DNA of 36,113 nt from Clostridia bacterium (GCA_017628075.1 JAGBZV010000232.1:1-36113); one strand, 5' to 3'; shown: positions 8,277 through 16,681, counted from the first letter of the stretch. Numbers and translations: made by a program. The notes: a model not told the origin generated them from the sequence alone.

Positions 8277-9389
8277 TCAGCGATACTTTGCTACGATCGC
8301 CTTCATATCCGCAAGCTGAGCCTCCATGTCCGCAACGAGCTTCATCTGCGTGCGTGCGCGGTAAAGGTTCTGGTTCTCGTAATGCAGGCTGAAGTACACG
8401 TCACCGTTGAGGTGGTCGCCAAGGAATCGCATACCGCATTCCAGCGTCATGAGGATCGCAGACATCGGAAGAAGATCCTTTTCCACGTCGTTGAGTGCAT
8501 CCTTTGCCTCGGAAAGGAATCCGCGGGTGTACGCCTCAAAAAGCTCCGGCACAAAATAGACGCGGGACAGATCCTGCTCATCCTCAGCCGCAGAGGACGC
8601 ACCAAAGCGGATGGAATCACCGAAATCATACAGCGCAGAGCCGGGCATAACGGTGTCCAGGTCAATGACGCAAACACCCTCGTCTGTTGCGTTGTCGATC
8701 ATGATGTTATTCAGCTTGGTATCGTTGTGCGTAACGCGAAGCGGAATCTCACCGGATGCAATGCGGGACGTAATCTCGCCGCAGATATCCTTGTGCGCAA
8801 GGAAGAACGCAATCTCCTCTGCACAATCCTTTGCACGGCCGGAAACATCGTTTGCAACGGCCTCCTCAAAATCGCGGAAGCGCTTCGGTGTGTCGTGGAA
8901 CTTTGCAATCGTTTCGTGCAAGGTATCCGCCGGATACGCATCCAGCTGACGCTGGAACTTGCCAAACGCCTTTGCTGCGTTCTCAAAGAGAATCGGGTGC
9001 TCGACGGACTGATAGCTGGTCGCATCCTCGATGTAGTTATACATTCTCCAATAACGGTTCTGATCATCCACGTAACAGATCTCGCCATCCAGCGTTTCAA
9101 TGCAGGTCAGCGTCTCCCGATTGGTATCCCCTCCGTTTTCACGGATGATGTTCTTGAGATAATCGGTAACGTTCTTGATATTCTCCATCAGTGCAATGGG
9201 ATTGGTAAATATCTTGGTATTGATGGTCTGCAGAATATAGCGTACAGGCCGCTCTGCACCGGCATCACACGCGATGACGTAGGTTGCATTGATATGGCCG
9301 TTTTCAATCTTATCGATGCCAATGATGGGGCCGGCAATCTGAAAGCGCTCTGCAAAAAACTGAATATCGGGATACTTAATCATTTCCAT
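8277..9389 (-). CDS. nahK: N-acetylhexosamine 1-kinase-like phosphotransferase (APH/choline kinase fold)
   Basis: GHINATY, FHDTPKRF, LRVTHNDTKLNN, IDLDTVMPG, DFGDSIRFGA and ECGMRFL closely follow Bifidobacterium NahK/LnpB as I recall it; substrate is inferred. Confidence 0.8.
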   Translation of the reverse strand: MEMIKYPDIQFFAERFQIAGPIIGIDKIENGHINATYVIACDAGAERPVRYILQTINTKIFTNPIALMENIKNVTDYLKNIIRENGGDTNRETLTCIETLDGEICYVDDQNRYWRMYNYIEDATSYQSVEHPILFENAAKAFGKFQRQLDAYPADTLHETIAKFHDTPKRFRDFEEAVANDVSGRAKDCAEEIAFFLAHKDICGEITSRIASGEIPLRVTHNDTKLNNIMIDNATDEGVCVIDLDTVMPGSALYDFGDSIRFGASSAAEDEQDLSRVYFVPELFEAYTRGFLSEAKDALNDVEKDLLPMSAILMTLECGMRFLGDHLNGDVYFSLHYENQNLYRARTQMKLVADMEAQLADMKAIVAKYR

Positions 9390-10291
9390 AAACCTCCGGG
9401 ATAAACATTCTGGGCAATGCAGTCAGCAATAAAGCTCTGCACCGTTGCCTTGTCTTCATGATATGTGACGCCGTACCACTTTGCCATGGTCTGCAAAACC
9501 GTTACGTCAGCCGCACCGGATTTCATCGCCGCATCGACGATATTGGGGAGCAGGAATTCGTCCTTAAGCGGGTTCTTCAGATTGGCAAAAAATTCGCGCT
9601 CTCTGGATTCGATCTCATCAAAGAAGGATGCCGTAAAGCCCCACATATTCATGGAAACGATGGAATCCTCGAAAACGTCAACCCAACCGAGCTCCTCCTC
9701 GTAGAACTGTGTCTGTCCGTCGTTGCGCTGGATCTTTGTGCGCTCGGTGATCGAGGTCAGAAGGCCGTTTTCATCCTTCGTGCAGATGCCGCGTGCAACG
9801 TGACCGTTCTCAGAGAGGGTATTTTTGAGTACAAATCCGCACATACAGTAGTGGCAAACGCCGTCGTCCTTGGTATTTGCAAGGAACCGGCCAACCTTTG
9901 CAAAGGAATCTGCACCGTAGAAATCATCGGAATTGATCACGGCAAAGCAATCGCCCGCAACCGCTTCCTTTGCACAAAGAAGCGCGTGTGCCGTACCCCA
10001 GGGCTTGACACGTCCTTCAGGAACAGAAAAGCCGTCGGGAATATCGTTGATATCCTGGAATGCGTACCGTACCTCGATCGCACCGCGAATACGCGCGCCG
10101 ACCGTTTCCTCGAAGATCTGATGGTTTTCCTTTTTGATGATAAAGACCACGCGATCAAATCCAGCACGGATTGCATCGTAAATAGAGTAGTCAATAATAA
10201 ATTCACCGCCGGGGCCAAGAGGATCGATCTGCTTGAGTCCACCGTAACGGCTGCCCATACCAGCGGCCAAAATGACAAGTGTCATAGTCAT
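9380..10291 (-). CDS. Sugar-phosphate nucleotidyltransferase
   Basis: LAAGMGSRYGGLKQ, KPWGTAHA, INSDDFYG, SMNMWGF and WYGVTY motifs; overlaps the kinase start. Confidence 0.9.
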   Translation of the reverse strand: MTMTLVILAAGMGSRYGGLKQIDPLGPGGEFIIDYSIYDAIRAGFDRVVFIIKKENHQIFEETVGARIRGAIEVRYAFQDINDIPDGFSVPEGRVKPWGTAHALLCAKEAVAGDCFAVINSDDFYGADSFAKVGRFLANTKDDGVCHYCMCGFVLKNTLSENGHVARGICTKDENGLLTSITERTKIQRNDGQTQFYEEELGWVDVFEDSIVSMNMWGFTASFFDEIESREREFFANLKNPLKDEFLLPNIVDAAMKSGAADVTVLQTMAKWYGVTYHEDKATVQSFIADCIAQNVYPGGLWK

Positions 10292-10341
10292 ACTCTCACT
10301 TTCTCAGTTAATCGGGAAATTTGCACCCGTATACACTTATT

Positions 10342-10370
10342 ATTGTACCACACTTCTGCAAAAAATGGAA
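10342..10370 (-). promoter_or_regulatory. Putative sigmaA promoter of the nucleotidyltransferase-kinase operon
   Basis: TTCCAT, 17 bp spacer, TGgTACAAT. Confidence 0.55.
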
Positions 10371-10401
10371 GTGCTTTTCATAAATTTCTTGGAATTTTAC
10401 A

Positions 10402-10444
10402 AAAAAAAAGCAGGGGCGATACTCCACAGTATCTGCTCCTGCTT
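10402..10444 (-). terminator. Intrinsic terminator after spo0A
   Basis: AAGCAGGGGCGATACT / AGTATCTGCTCCTGCTT stem with an A8 run on the left (U-tract on the minus strand). Confidence 0.8.
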
Positions 10445-10456
10445 TGGCATTTATTC

Positions 10457-11374
10457 TTATCTGCTTCTTCTTGACAGCCGCAGACGGTCGGAAATCATCG
10501 CAATGAACTCGGAATTGGTCGGCTTTCCGCGGTTGTTCTGAATGGTATATCCGAAATACTCGTTGAGCACGTCCACGTCCCCTCTGTCCCACGCCACCTC
10601 GATTGCATGGCGGATAGCACGCTCCACGCGGGAAGACGTCGTTTTATATTGCTTTGCAACGGTCGGATACAGCATCTTCGTCACGTAATTGATGATGTCG
10701 GGATCCTCAGTTGCCATTAAAATAGCCGTTCTCAGATACTGATAGCCCTTGATGTGTGCCGGAACTCCGATCCGGTGGATGATTTTCGTCACCTGTGCCT
10801 CCAGCTCGTGGCCGTCCTCGTCGCCACTCACGCCGTGAAGCCGCTCCGGACCTGCAAGACCACCGGGCATCAGATTCATCGGGTTGTCGCGGTAGTCGTA
10901 ACGCGGATGCTCCACCGCACCCTCGTCACCGGAAAAGACGGCCGGGATACATTCTCCCTGCACGGTGCTGTCCGCGTGTCCGCCGTCCCATCTGCCGCTG
11001 CACGCTCGCTCGGCAAGCATTGAAAGAACCTTCCACAGATCTCTGTAATCAAGCGGCTTCGTGACGCAATAGGAGGCACCGGCACAGGAGGCCTCCGCAA
11101 ACAGATTTGCAGCACCCGCATAATTGATAAATATAAACTGCGGGCGGACCAGATGCTTTCCGCCAATCCTGCGCACCGACTGAATGACGCCAAGCCCGTC
11201 AAGCTTGGGCAGCCACGCATCCACAATTGCAACGTCCGGGTCGTTTTGGAGAATCTGCTGCACCGCATCCTCACCGTTTGACGCCTCAAGAAGCTCAAGC
11301 GTACCGTAACGCCTGATATTTTCTCCGAACAGCATTCTCGCATCCGCTCCGAAATCCGCAAATAAAACCTTCAT
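10457..11374 (-). CDS. spo0A: Sporulation master regulator Spo0A
   Basis: C-terminal GVPAHIKGYQYLR, LYPTVAK, SRVERAIRHAIEVAW and KPTNSEFIA; N-terminal receiver domain. Start at ATG 11374 after GGGAG. Confidence 0.96.
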   Translation of the reverse strand: MKVLFADFGADARMLFGENIRRYGTLELLEASNGEDAVQQILQNDPDVAIVDAWLPKLDGLGVIQSVRRIGGKHLVRPQFIFINYAGAANLFAEASCAGASYCVTKPLDYRDLWKVLSMLAERACSGRWDGGHADSTVQGECIPAVFSGDEGAVEHPRYDYRDNPMNLMPGGLAGPERLHGVSGDEDGHELEAQVTKIIHRIGVPAHIKGYQYLRTAILMATEDPDIINYVTKMLYPTVAKQYKTTSSRVERAIRHAIEVAWDRGDVDVLNEYFGYTIQNNRGKPTNSEFIAMISDRLRLSRRSR

Positions 11375-11467
11375 ACTCGACTCCCTCATTTTCTCGTTTT
11401 TGATGTATCAAGAGAGCATCCCCACCACTGTCTGACAGCGCAGAGGTGCTTCGTGTTTTCATGTAAT

Positions 11468-11496
11468 ATATTACCATACGGACACCGGATTGTCAA
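11468..11496 (-). promoter_or_regulatory. sigmaA promoter of spo0A
   Basis: TTGACA (11496-11491), 17 bp spacer, TGgTAATAT (11473-11468). Confidence 0.75.
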
Positions 11497-11578
11497 CGGT
11501 TTCTCCACAAAAAATTATTTTTTCGAATCCCTAAAAACGACGATATAACCAAATTTTCATATTTTTAATTTGTTATTT

Positions 11579-11637
11579 TGTCGATTAATTTTCGGAATTT
11601 TATCTTTTTATCTGTTTTTTAGTCATATTTTGTCGAA
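11579..11637. promoter_or_regulatory. Spo0A boxes upstream of spo0A
   Basis: Perfect TGTCGAA at 11631-11637 and one-mismatch TGTCGAT at 11579-11585 in an AT-rich tract. Confidence 0.65.
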
Positions 11638-11774
11638 TATGATACGATTTAGGAAAATGAGCGAACATTCCGCCGATTGCCTGCTTAAGACCGCACCGCA
11701 AGTGAACGCTCCCCATCCGATGCGGATTCCCGCAGAAGCACGGGAGGCACCGATCAACCGTTTTCCGGTATAAG

Positions 11775-11812
11775 CAATGCCCCTCAGCCGAGGGGCATTG
11801 AACTTTTTTATT
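11775..11812. terminator. Terminator-like hairpin downstream of spoIIIAH
   Basis: CAATGCCCCTC-AGCC-GAGGGGCATTG (11 bp stem); the T-run lies on the + side. Confidence 0.7.
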
Positions 11813-11841
11813 TACAGCTTCATCGCCTGCAAAGCGCTCCG

Positions 11842-12558
11842 TCATTTTTCGATGATTTTGACGTTGACCGGAAGAATTCCCGCTGTTTCGTAAACGATCT
11901 CCTGGATCTGCGCCACCTCATTCGGCAGAAGCGCCGAGGTTTTGACGATGATGCTTGCCAGATCCCCGCTGATGACCGCCACACAATCGGCAAAGCCCTT
12001 GCCCTTGATCAGCGACTCGATGGCGGCCTCGTGCTCGATATCGGCTGCGATCCGCGATATCTGTGCAAACGCCTCCGACTGTACGTCCGTCAGATTTGCC
12101 GCACCCTCCACAACCTCCTGCAAGACCGCAATCGCCTCGTCACGCGCACGCTGACGATTGATCTGCGAAACCGCAAAATACTCATCCTTTTCCGTACTGT
12201 CGTTTTCGTTCTCGAGGACCTCTCCTACAGAAACCGATCCTCCGTCCGTGCCGGGGTTATCCTTCAAAAGCGCATTCGACGCCGTACGCTCTGCCATAGA
12301 CCAATTCAGATATACCGCAAAGCCGATGACGAGCACCGAGGCTGCCGTCAGAAAATGCCGTCTGTTCTCCCTGACCGCTTCTGCCGCAGCACGCATCCAG
12401 GGAGGCATACGCCCGCCGTCCTCCACAATCTCACACAGCGCCTCAAGCTCCTCCTCTCCGCACAAAAGCGTATCCGTTTCAGACGAGGAAACGCCCTCCC
12501 CACACACCGATTCCGCTTCCTCTCCGTGTCCAAGATAATGCCTGCCAAGTAATTGCAT
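11842..12558 (-). CDS. spoIIIAH: Stage III sporulation protein AH
   Basis: AVYLNW TM end, YFA...RQRARD, ESLIKGKGFADCV and EVAQIQEIV; last gene of the operon. Confidence 0.92.
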   Translation of the reverse strand: MQLLGRHYLGHGEEAESVCGEGVSSSETDTLLCGEEELEALCEIVEDGGRMPPWMRAAAEAVRENRRHFLTAASVLVIGFAVYLNWSMAERTASNALLKDNPGTDGGSVSVGEVLENENDSTEKDEYFAVSQINRQRARDEAIAVLQEVVEGAANLTDVQSEAFAQISRIAADIEHEAAIESLIKGKGFADCVAVISGDLASIIVKTSALLPNEVAQIQEIVYETAGILPVNVKIIEK

Positions 12559-12570
12559 AAAAGCTCTCCT

Positions 12571-12954
12571 TTACTCATGTATTCCCTTTATTCCGACCCA
12601 TACCCGATCTGCCGCAACGTCCAGCGCCGCGCAGATCAGATTCAGAATGTCAAGACGCGTCTGTGCTCCGCCGTCGCCGCGATACGTCAGCGCGATCCCG
12701 CGGACACGCGGTACGCGAACGCCCTCGCCCTCCTCCTCAAGCGTAATAAGAACGGAAACGTCGTCTACACCCGGCAGCGTATCTGCCATCTGTGCAATTC
12801 TATGCGCGTATTCCTCCCGATATGACTGCCCAACCACCTCCCCTCCCGAAGCGCCTCCCGATGCCGACAAAAGAAGCAGCAATCCAAGAATTGCCACTCC
12901 AGCCGCCCACGGAAGAAACGGATATTTTCGCAAAAACACACGGATGTCATTCAT
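12571..12954 (-). CDS. spoIIIAG: Stage III sporulation protein AG (short form, 127 aa)
   Basis: N-terminal TM, LPGVDDVSVLITLE, PRVRGI and AALDVAADRVWV; operon position. Confidence 0.85.
   Translation of the reverse strand: MNDIRVFLRKYPFLPWAAGVAILGLLLLLSASGGASGGEVVGQSYREEYAHRIAQMADTLPGVDDVSVLITLEEEGEGVRVPRVRGIALTYRGDGGAQTRLDILNLICAALDVAADRVWVGIKGIHE
12797..12825 (-). promoter_or_regulatory. Putative internal sigmaE promoter inside spoIIIAG
   Basis: TCATATC (12825-12819), 14 bp spacer, CATAGAAT (12804-12797). Confidence 0.6.
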
Positions 12955-13438
12955 CGTACGCCTCCTTTACAGTACACGGACACAAAAGCGTTTCCTCGGT
13001 CAGAATCCGCAGCTTCTCCATTACGATCCTGTGTGCGCGGTCCCGCAGCGTCAGCGTGACGGCAATCACACTCACAGAGCCGTCCTCCTCGCGCATAGTA
13101 GTCAGCGTGATATCCTCGCCGGAAATCGGCACGCCCGTCCTTGCCTTCAGCAGTGCCGCAAGTGCCGTGCAGATCTCCTCCCGCGCCAATGCAATCACCC
13201 CCTCCGCATATTGTCCGCTCCCAATTCCGGAAATCTCCGCGTCCGGAAGAAGCGTAATCCCATCCCCAAAAAGGCGAGAGAGCACCGTACCGAGAGGAGA
13301 AAGCAACGTCAGCAGCAGCACGAGCGCAGAAAGAAAGCGCATATAGGGCAACAGCGCGCTCCCTCTCCTCCAGAGAGAAAGCATAAGGGACATTATAAGC
13401 GTCAGCACGATCAGCGTGTAAACCGGTGCAGCAAGCAT
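12947..13438 (-). CDS. spoIIIAF: Stage III sporulation protein AF (divergent)
   Basis: Two N-terminal TMs with YMRFLSALVLLLTLLSP; lies between AE and AG. Confidence 0.72.
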   Translation of the reverse strand: MLAAPVYTLIVLTLIMSLMLSLWRRGSALLPYMRFLSALVLLLTLLSPLGTVLSRLFGDGITLLPDAEISGIGSGQYAEGVIALAREEICTALAALLKARTGVPISGEDITLTTMREEDGSVSVIAVTLTLRDRAHRIVMEKLRILTEETLLCPCTVKEAYDE

Positions 13439-13493
13439 CAGAAATCTCCTCCCGAAATCAAGGTGCGCCGCATACCGGCGCCACCCACGCTCA

Positions 13494-14546
13494 TCAAGTG
13501 CCGATGCACAGCGACAGCATCAGAAGATACAGCACCGATGCGGCAATCACGATCGCCAAAAGAAATCCCCCAATGGAGGCACAGTCGCGCAGGATATCCG
13601 CCTCCCGCGTCATCCCGAGCAGGGAGGCCAGCGCAGCAGATAAGGACAGTGCCGCCCGGAGCAGGATCACCTCACAGATCGGCGGAAGCATCTGCCACAG
13701 CAGCAGTGCCGCCCCGAGCACCCCTACCGTTCGCTTCACAAGAGAAAATCCCGCCGCAACGGTGCTCGCCGCTTCGCTGACCGCACCGCCGATGATAGGA
13801 ACCGTCCCCGACAGCGTAAAGCGCACCGCACGCATGGTCACGGAATCTGCGGCCCTGGAAAGCACCGTCTGATAGGATAAAACGGCACAAAGAATCGTCA
13901 TCATGCCCCCGATGAGAAACAAAAACTGCTTCCTGAGCAGCGCAGACAGCTCTGACAGCACCGATCCCCCTCCCGCACCCGCTGCCAGAGAAAGCCCCGT
14001 GCAGACACGCAGAAACGGAAAGCAGACACCCGTACACAGCACCTCCATAACCGAGAGAAACAGCGCCATTCCCACCGACGTCACGGATGCGGTAACTACC
14101 GCGCCGCGCATAGCAGAGAGCGTACACAGCGTAGTCAGTGCCGCCGTCATTGCCGTATGTATTTCCGCAAGATAGGATGCCGATGACGCAAACGCACCGG
14201 CAAGTGCCTCAAAGCCAATCAGCGCACATACAAGCGCACTGATCCCGCACAGAAAATCGTCGTGCACGCCGCGCGCCTCACCGCGGTACAGCCGCCATAT
14301 CGCGCAAAGAAGCAGGATCCCGCACAGTCTTGCGCACAGCGCTCCTGCGCCGACACCCTCGCCGCGCAGGGCATCCCATATCCGCGACAGTGCCGCCTCT
14401 CCGTCCAAAAGACGAAGCACCGCATCGGAGGATGGCATCTGTCCGTCAAGCCCAAACGCATCCGGCAGTGTATTGATAAAGGCACCCCCGCCCGCCTCCT
14501 CCCAAAAGGAGCGCAGCGTATCCCCGGCTCGTTCGCTTACAGACAT
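13494..14546 (-). CDS. spoIIIAE: Stage III sporulation protein AE
   Basis: Polytopic membrane protein with VPIIGGAVSEAASTV...LVKRTVG motif. Confidence 0.88.
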   Translation of the reverse strand: MSVSERAGDTLRSFWEEAGGGAFINTLPDAFGLDGQMPSSDAVLRLLDGEAALSRIWDALRGEGVGAGALCARLCGILLLCAIWRLYRGEARGVHDDFLCGISALVCALIGFEALAGAFASSASYLAEIHTAMTAALTTLCTLSAMRGAVVTASVTSVGMALFLSVMEVLCTGVCFPFLRVCTGLSLAAGAGGGSVLSELSALLRKQFLFLIGGMMTILCAVLSYQTVLSRAADSVTMRAVRFTLSGTVPIIGGAVSEAASTVAAGFSLVKRTVGVLGAALLLWQMLPPICEVILLRAALSLSAALASLLGMTREADILRDCASIGGFLLAIVIAASVLYLLMLSLCIGT

Positions 14547-14953
14547 AACAGCGCCTCCGCCATCGACAGAATCTCCTCATACAGCGGCAGACCGATGCAG
14601 AGCAGAACGGCCCGTCCCGCAAGCTCAACCCGATCCGCAAGCCCGCCCTCACCAAGATCGCGGACCGTATCCGCGCTGAGCTGCACCGTCATCCCGACGG
14701 CCATCGCACGGAACAAAACCTGTGCGTGCTTGTCCGAAAGAAACGGCAAACACACCCGGCGCAGCTCTGACAGCACAGGAACCGCAAGCTCAATCGCCGC
14801 TGCAGCGAGCACCGCACACAGACAAGCACTCACCGCCCCCGCAAAGCCGCCGCGCGCACACCCACGCAAAACCGTCAGACAAAGTGCCGCAAGGACAGCA
14901 CAGCCGCACAGCCGCAAGACGTCCGTATAGGATTGCTGCAGAACCGTACTCAA
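14537..14953 (-). CDS. spoIIIAD: Stage III sporulation protein AD
   Basis: ADTVRDLGEGGLADRVELAGRAVLLCIGLP motif; overlaps AC and AE. Confidence 0.88.
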   Translation of the reverse strand: MSTVLQQSYTDVLRLCGCAVLAALCLTVLRGCARGGFAGAVSACLCAVLAAAAIELAVPVLSELRRVCLPFLSDKHAQVLFRAMAVGMTVQLSADTVRDLGEGGLADRVELAGRAVLLCIGLPLYEEILSMAEALLCL

Positions 14954-15144
14954 AGCCCAAACACCCCGCGCACGGAAGCAATGAGCTGCTCAAGCTGTCC
15001 GATCAGCATCAGAAGCACGAGAATCATTCCCGTCACACTGACCAAAAGCGCCTGCTCCTCCCTGCCCGACCGCGACAGCACCTGACAGATCACGGATACG
15101 AGAAACCCAATCCCGCTCACACGGAGAATCAATGTAATGTCCAT
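14950..15144 (-). CDS. spoIIIAC: Stage III sporulation protein AC
   Basis: MDITLILRVSGIGFLVSVICQVLSRSGREEQA...VFGL, 64 aa; RBS GGGAGG. Confidence 0.95.
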   Translation of the reverse strand: MDITLILRVSGIGFLVSVICQVLSRSGREEQALLVSVTGMILVLLMLIGQLEQLIASVRGVFGL

Positions 15145-15164
15145 GCTATGCCTCCCCAAATACC

Positions 15165-15674
15165 TTATAACAGAAGCAGAAGAACCACGCCGCCCGCTGA
15201 AGCGGACAGCGTTCTTGCAACACGGCACCGTGTGGGAAGCGCAGCCGCAGCCTCCGTATGAAGCTGCTCAAGCATCCCTCGCACGTACGCGCATCTGCCG
15301 CGCGTATGCTCGCGGTCCTCCGTTCCAAGGATCTCAAAAAACGAAGTCAGAAGTGCCGATTCTTCCCGTTCCAGACAAACCGATACCCCGCACGCAGCAT
15401 ACGCTTCCGCAGCAAGACCCGCCGCCCCGCCATTCGCATACCGCGCACGCACGTCGGGCAGAAACCCGCATCGCTCAAGCTCCTCCTCACCAAATGCAGA
15501 AAACAGCTGCGACAGCGGAAGTCCCATCTCCCCGATTCCAACCTCAAGCGCAGATACCAAACGGCAGAAGCCGCGCAGCATGCGCACACGCCGCTCCCAT
15601 TGCGCGCACAGCGCACCTCCGGTGTACAGCGCCGCCGCTCCGCACAGCACGGCGCCGACAATCCTGACCGTCAT
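15165..15674 (-). CDS. spoIIIAB: Stage III sporulation protein AB
   Basis: N- and C-terminal TMs and FFEILGTEDREH; ATG 15674 overlaps the AA stop (ATGA), RBS GGAGG. Confidence 0.88.
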   Translation of the reverse strand: MTVRIVGAVLCGAAALYTGGALCAQWERRVRMLRGFCRLVSALEVGIGEMGLPLSQLFSAFGEEELERCGFLPDVRARYANGGAAGLAAEAYAACGVSVCLEREESALLTSFFEILGTEDREHTRGRCAYVRGMLEQLHTEAAAALPTRCRVARTLSASAGGVVLLLLL

Positions 15675-16600
15675 ACTGCCTCCTCCCGCAAAAAGGAAAA
15701 CGCATTTCCCTGCCGGAAAAGCCGTACGTATTGGGCAAACACGCCGCATCTGTGAAGTGCGGAAAAGCACGGACGGCACAGAAGCTCCGCAAGCGTATGC
15801 GCGTGCGCCGTTGCGATCAGCGGAACGCCTCCTGCCTGTGCACGCAGGATCGCCTCGGCCTCCTCCTCGCACCCGATCTCGTCACATAGAACCACCTGCG
15901 GTGCAAACGCACGCACCGCAAGCGAAAGCCCCATCCCACGCGGATATTCCGTCAGAACGTCCGCACAGCACGCAGAAAGCGAGTCCTCCCATAGCTCCCC
16001 GGACGTATCAACGACTGCCGCATTGACAGCGCGCATCCCCGCCTCTCCACTCGTCAACGCACGCAAAATCCCTCTCAAAGCCGTCGTTTTTCCAACGCCC
16101 GGAGGCGCATACAGCAGCGTCGGAAGCACGCGCATCCCATCGGGAGCAAGGGAGGCGTCACGCCCGGAAAAATCCGCTGTCCCGCACAAAACGTCTAAAA
16201 GCTGTGCCTGCATTCTGCGCGTTGCAGGCGCAGGACTTGGAAAACGGATGCACAGCGTCCGGATCTGCTGCAGGCGATCCGGCATTCCGTTCCGGCACAG
16301 GAGCCGACCGCCTACTCCCACGCGCACACCGGGCATTTCCATCGGAGAGAAATATCCGCGCCGCAGCCCCTCATCATATGTATGCACCGATCCGCCGCAG
16401 AGTCCGCCAAGAATTCCGTGCAGCTCCTCCACGGTCAGTGCCGCCCGCGGAAGCGGGACGATACGCGCCCCCTCCCCGTCGGAATACGTCACGCTGCTCA
16501 TAGCGCCCACACGCAGATGAAGCTCCGATATCTGCCGCTTCCCATCTATATTCAGCCTGTCCCGCAGCAGCGGCGGCAGGCTGCGCATGATTCTGTCCAC
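15671..16600 (-). CDS. spoIIIAA: Stage III sporulation ATPase AA
   Basis: GVRVGVGG, Walker A PPGVGKTT, VDTSGEL, Walker B LCDEIG and IATAH. Confidence 0.93.
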   Translation of the reverse strand: MDRIMRSLPPLLRDRLNIDGKRQISELHLRVGAMSSVTYSDGEGARIVPLPRAALTVEELHGILGGLCGGSVHTYDEGLRRGYFSPMEMPGVRVGVGGRLLCRNGMPDRLQQIRTLCIRFPSPAPATRRMQAQLLDVLCGTADFSGRDASLAPDGMRVLPTLLYAPPGVGKTTALRGILRALTSGEAGMRAVNAAVVDTSGELWEDSLSACCADVLTEYPRGMGLSLAVRAFAPQVVLCDEIGCEEEAEAILRAQAGGVPLIATAHAHTLAELLCRPCFSALHRCGVFAQYVRLFRQGNAFSFLREEAV

Positions 16601-16633
16601 AAAGATTCACGTCCTTTGCTTTTTGTTGCTGTT

Positions 16634-16662
16634 ATTCTATGCGCCCCTCCCCCCAAAAAAGA
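16634..16662 (-). promoter_or_regulatory. sigmaE promoter of the spoIIIA operon
   Basis: TCTTTTT, 14 bp spacer, CATAGAAT (16641-16634), just upstream of spoIIIAA, a known sigmaE target in Bacillus and Clostridioides. Confidence 0.65.
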
Positions 16663-16681
16663 ACCGGAATCCAGCAGAGAG

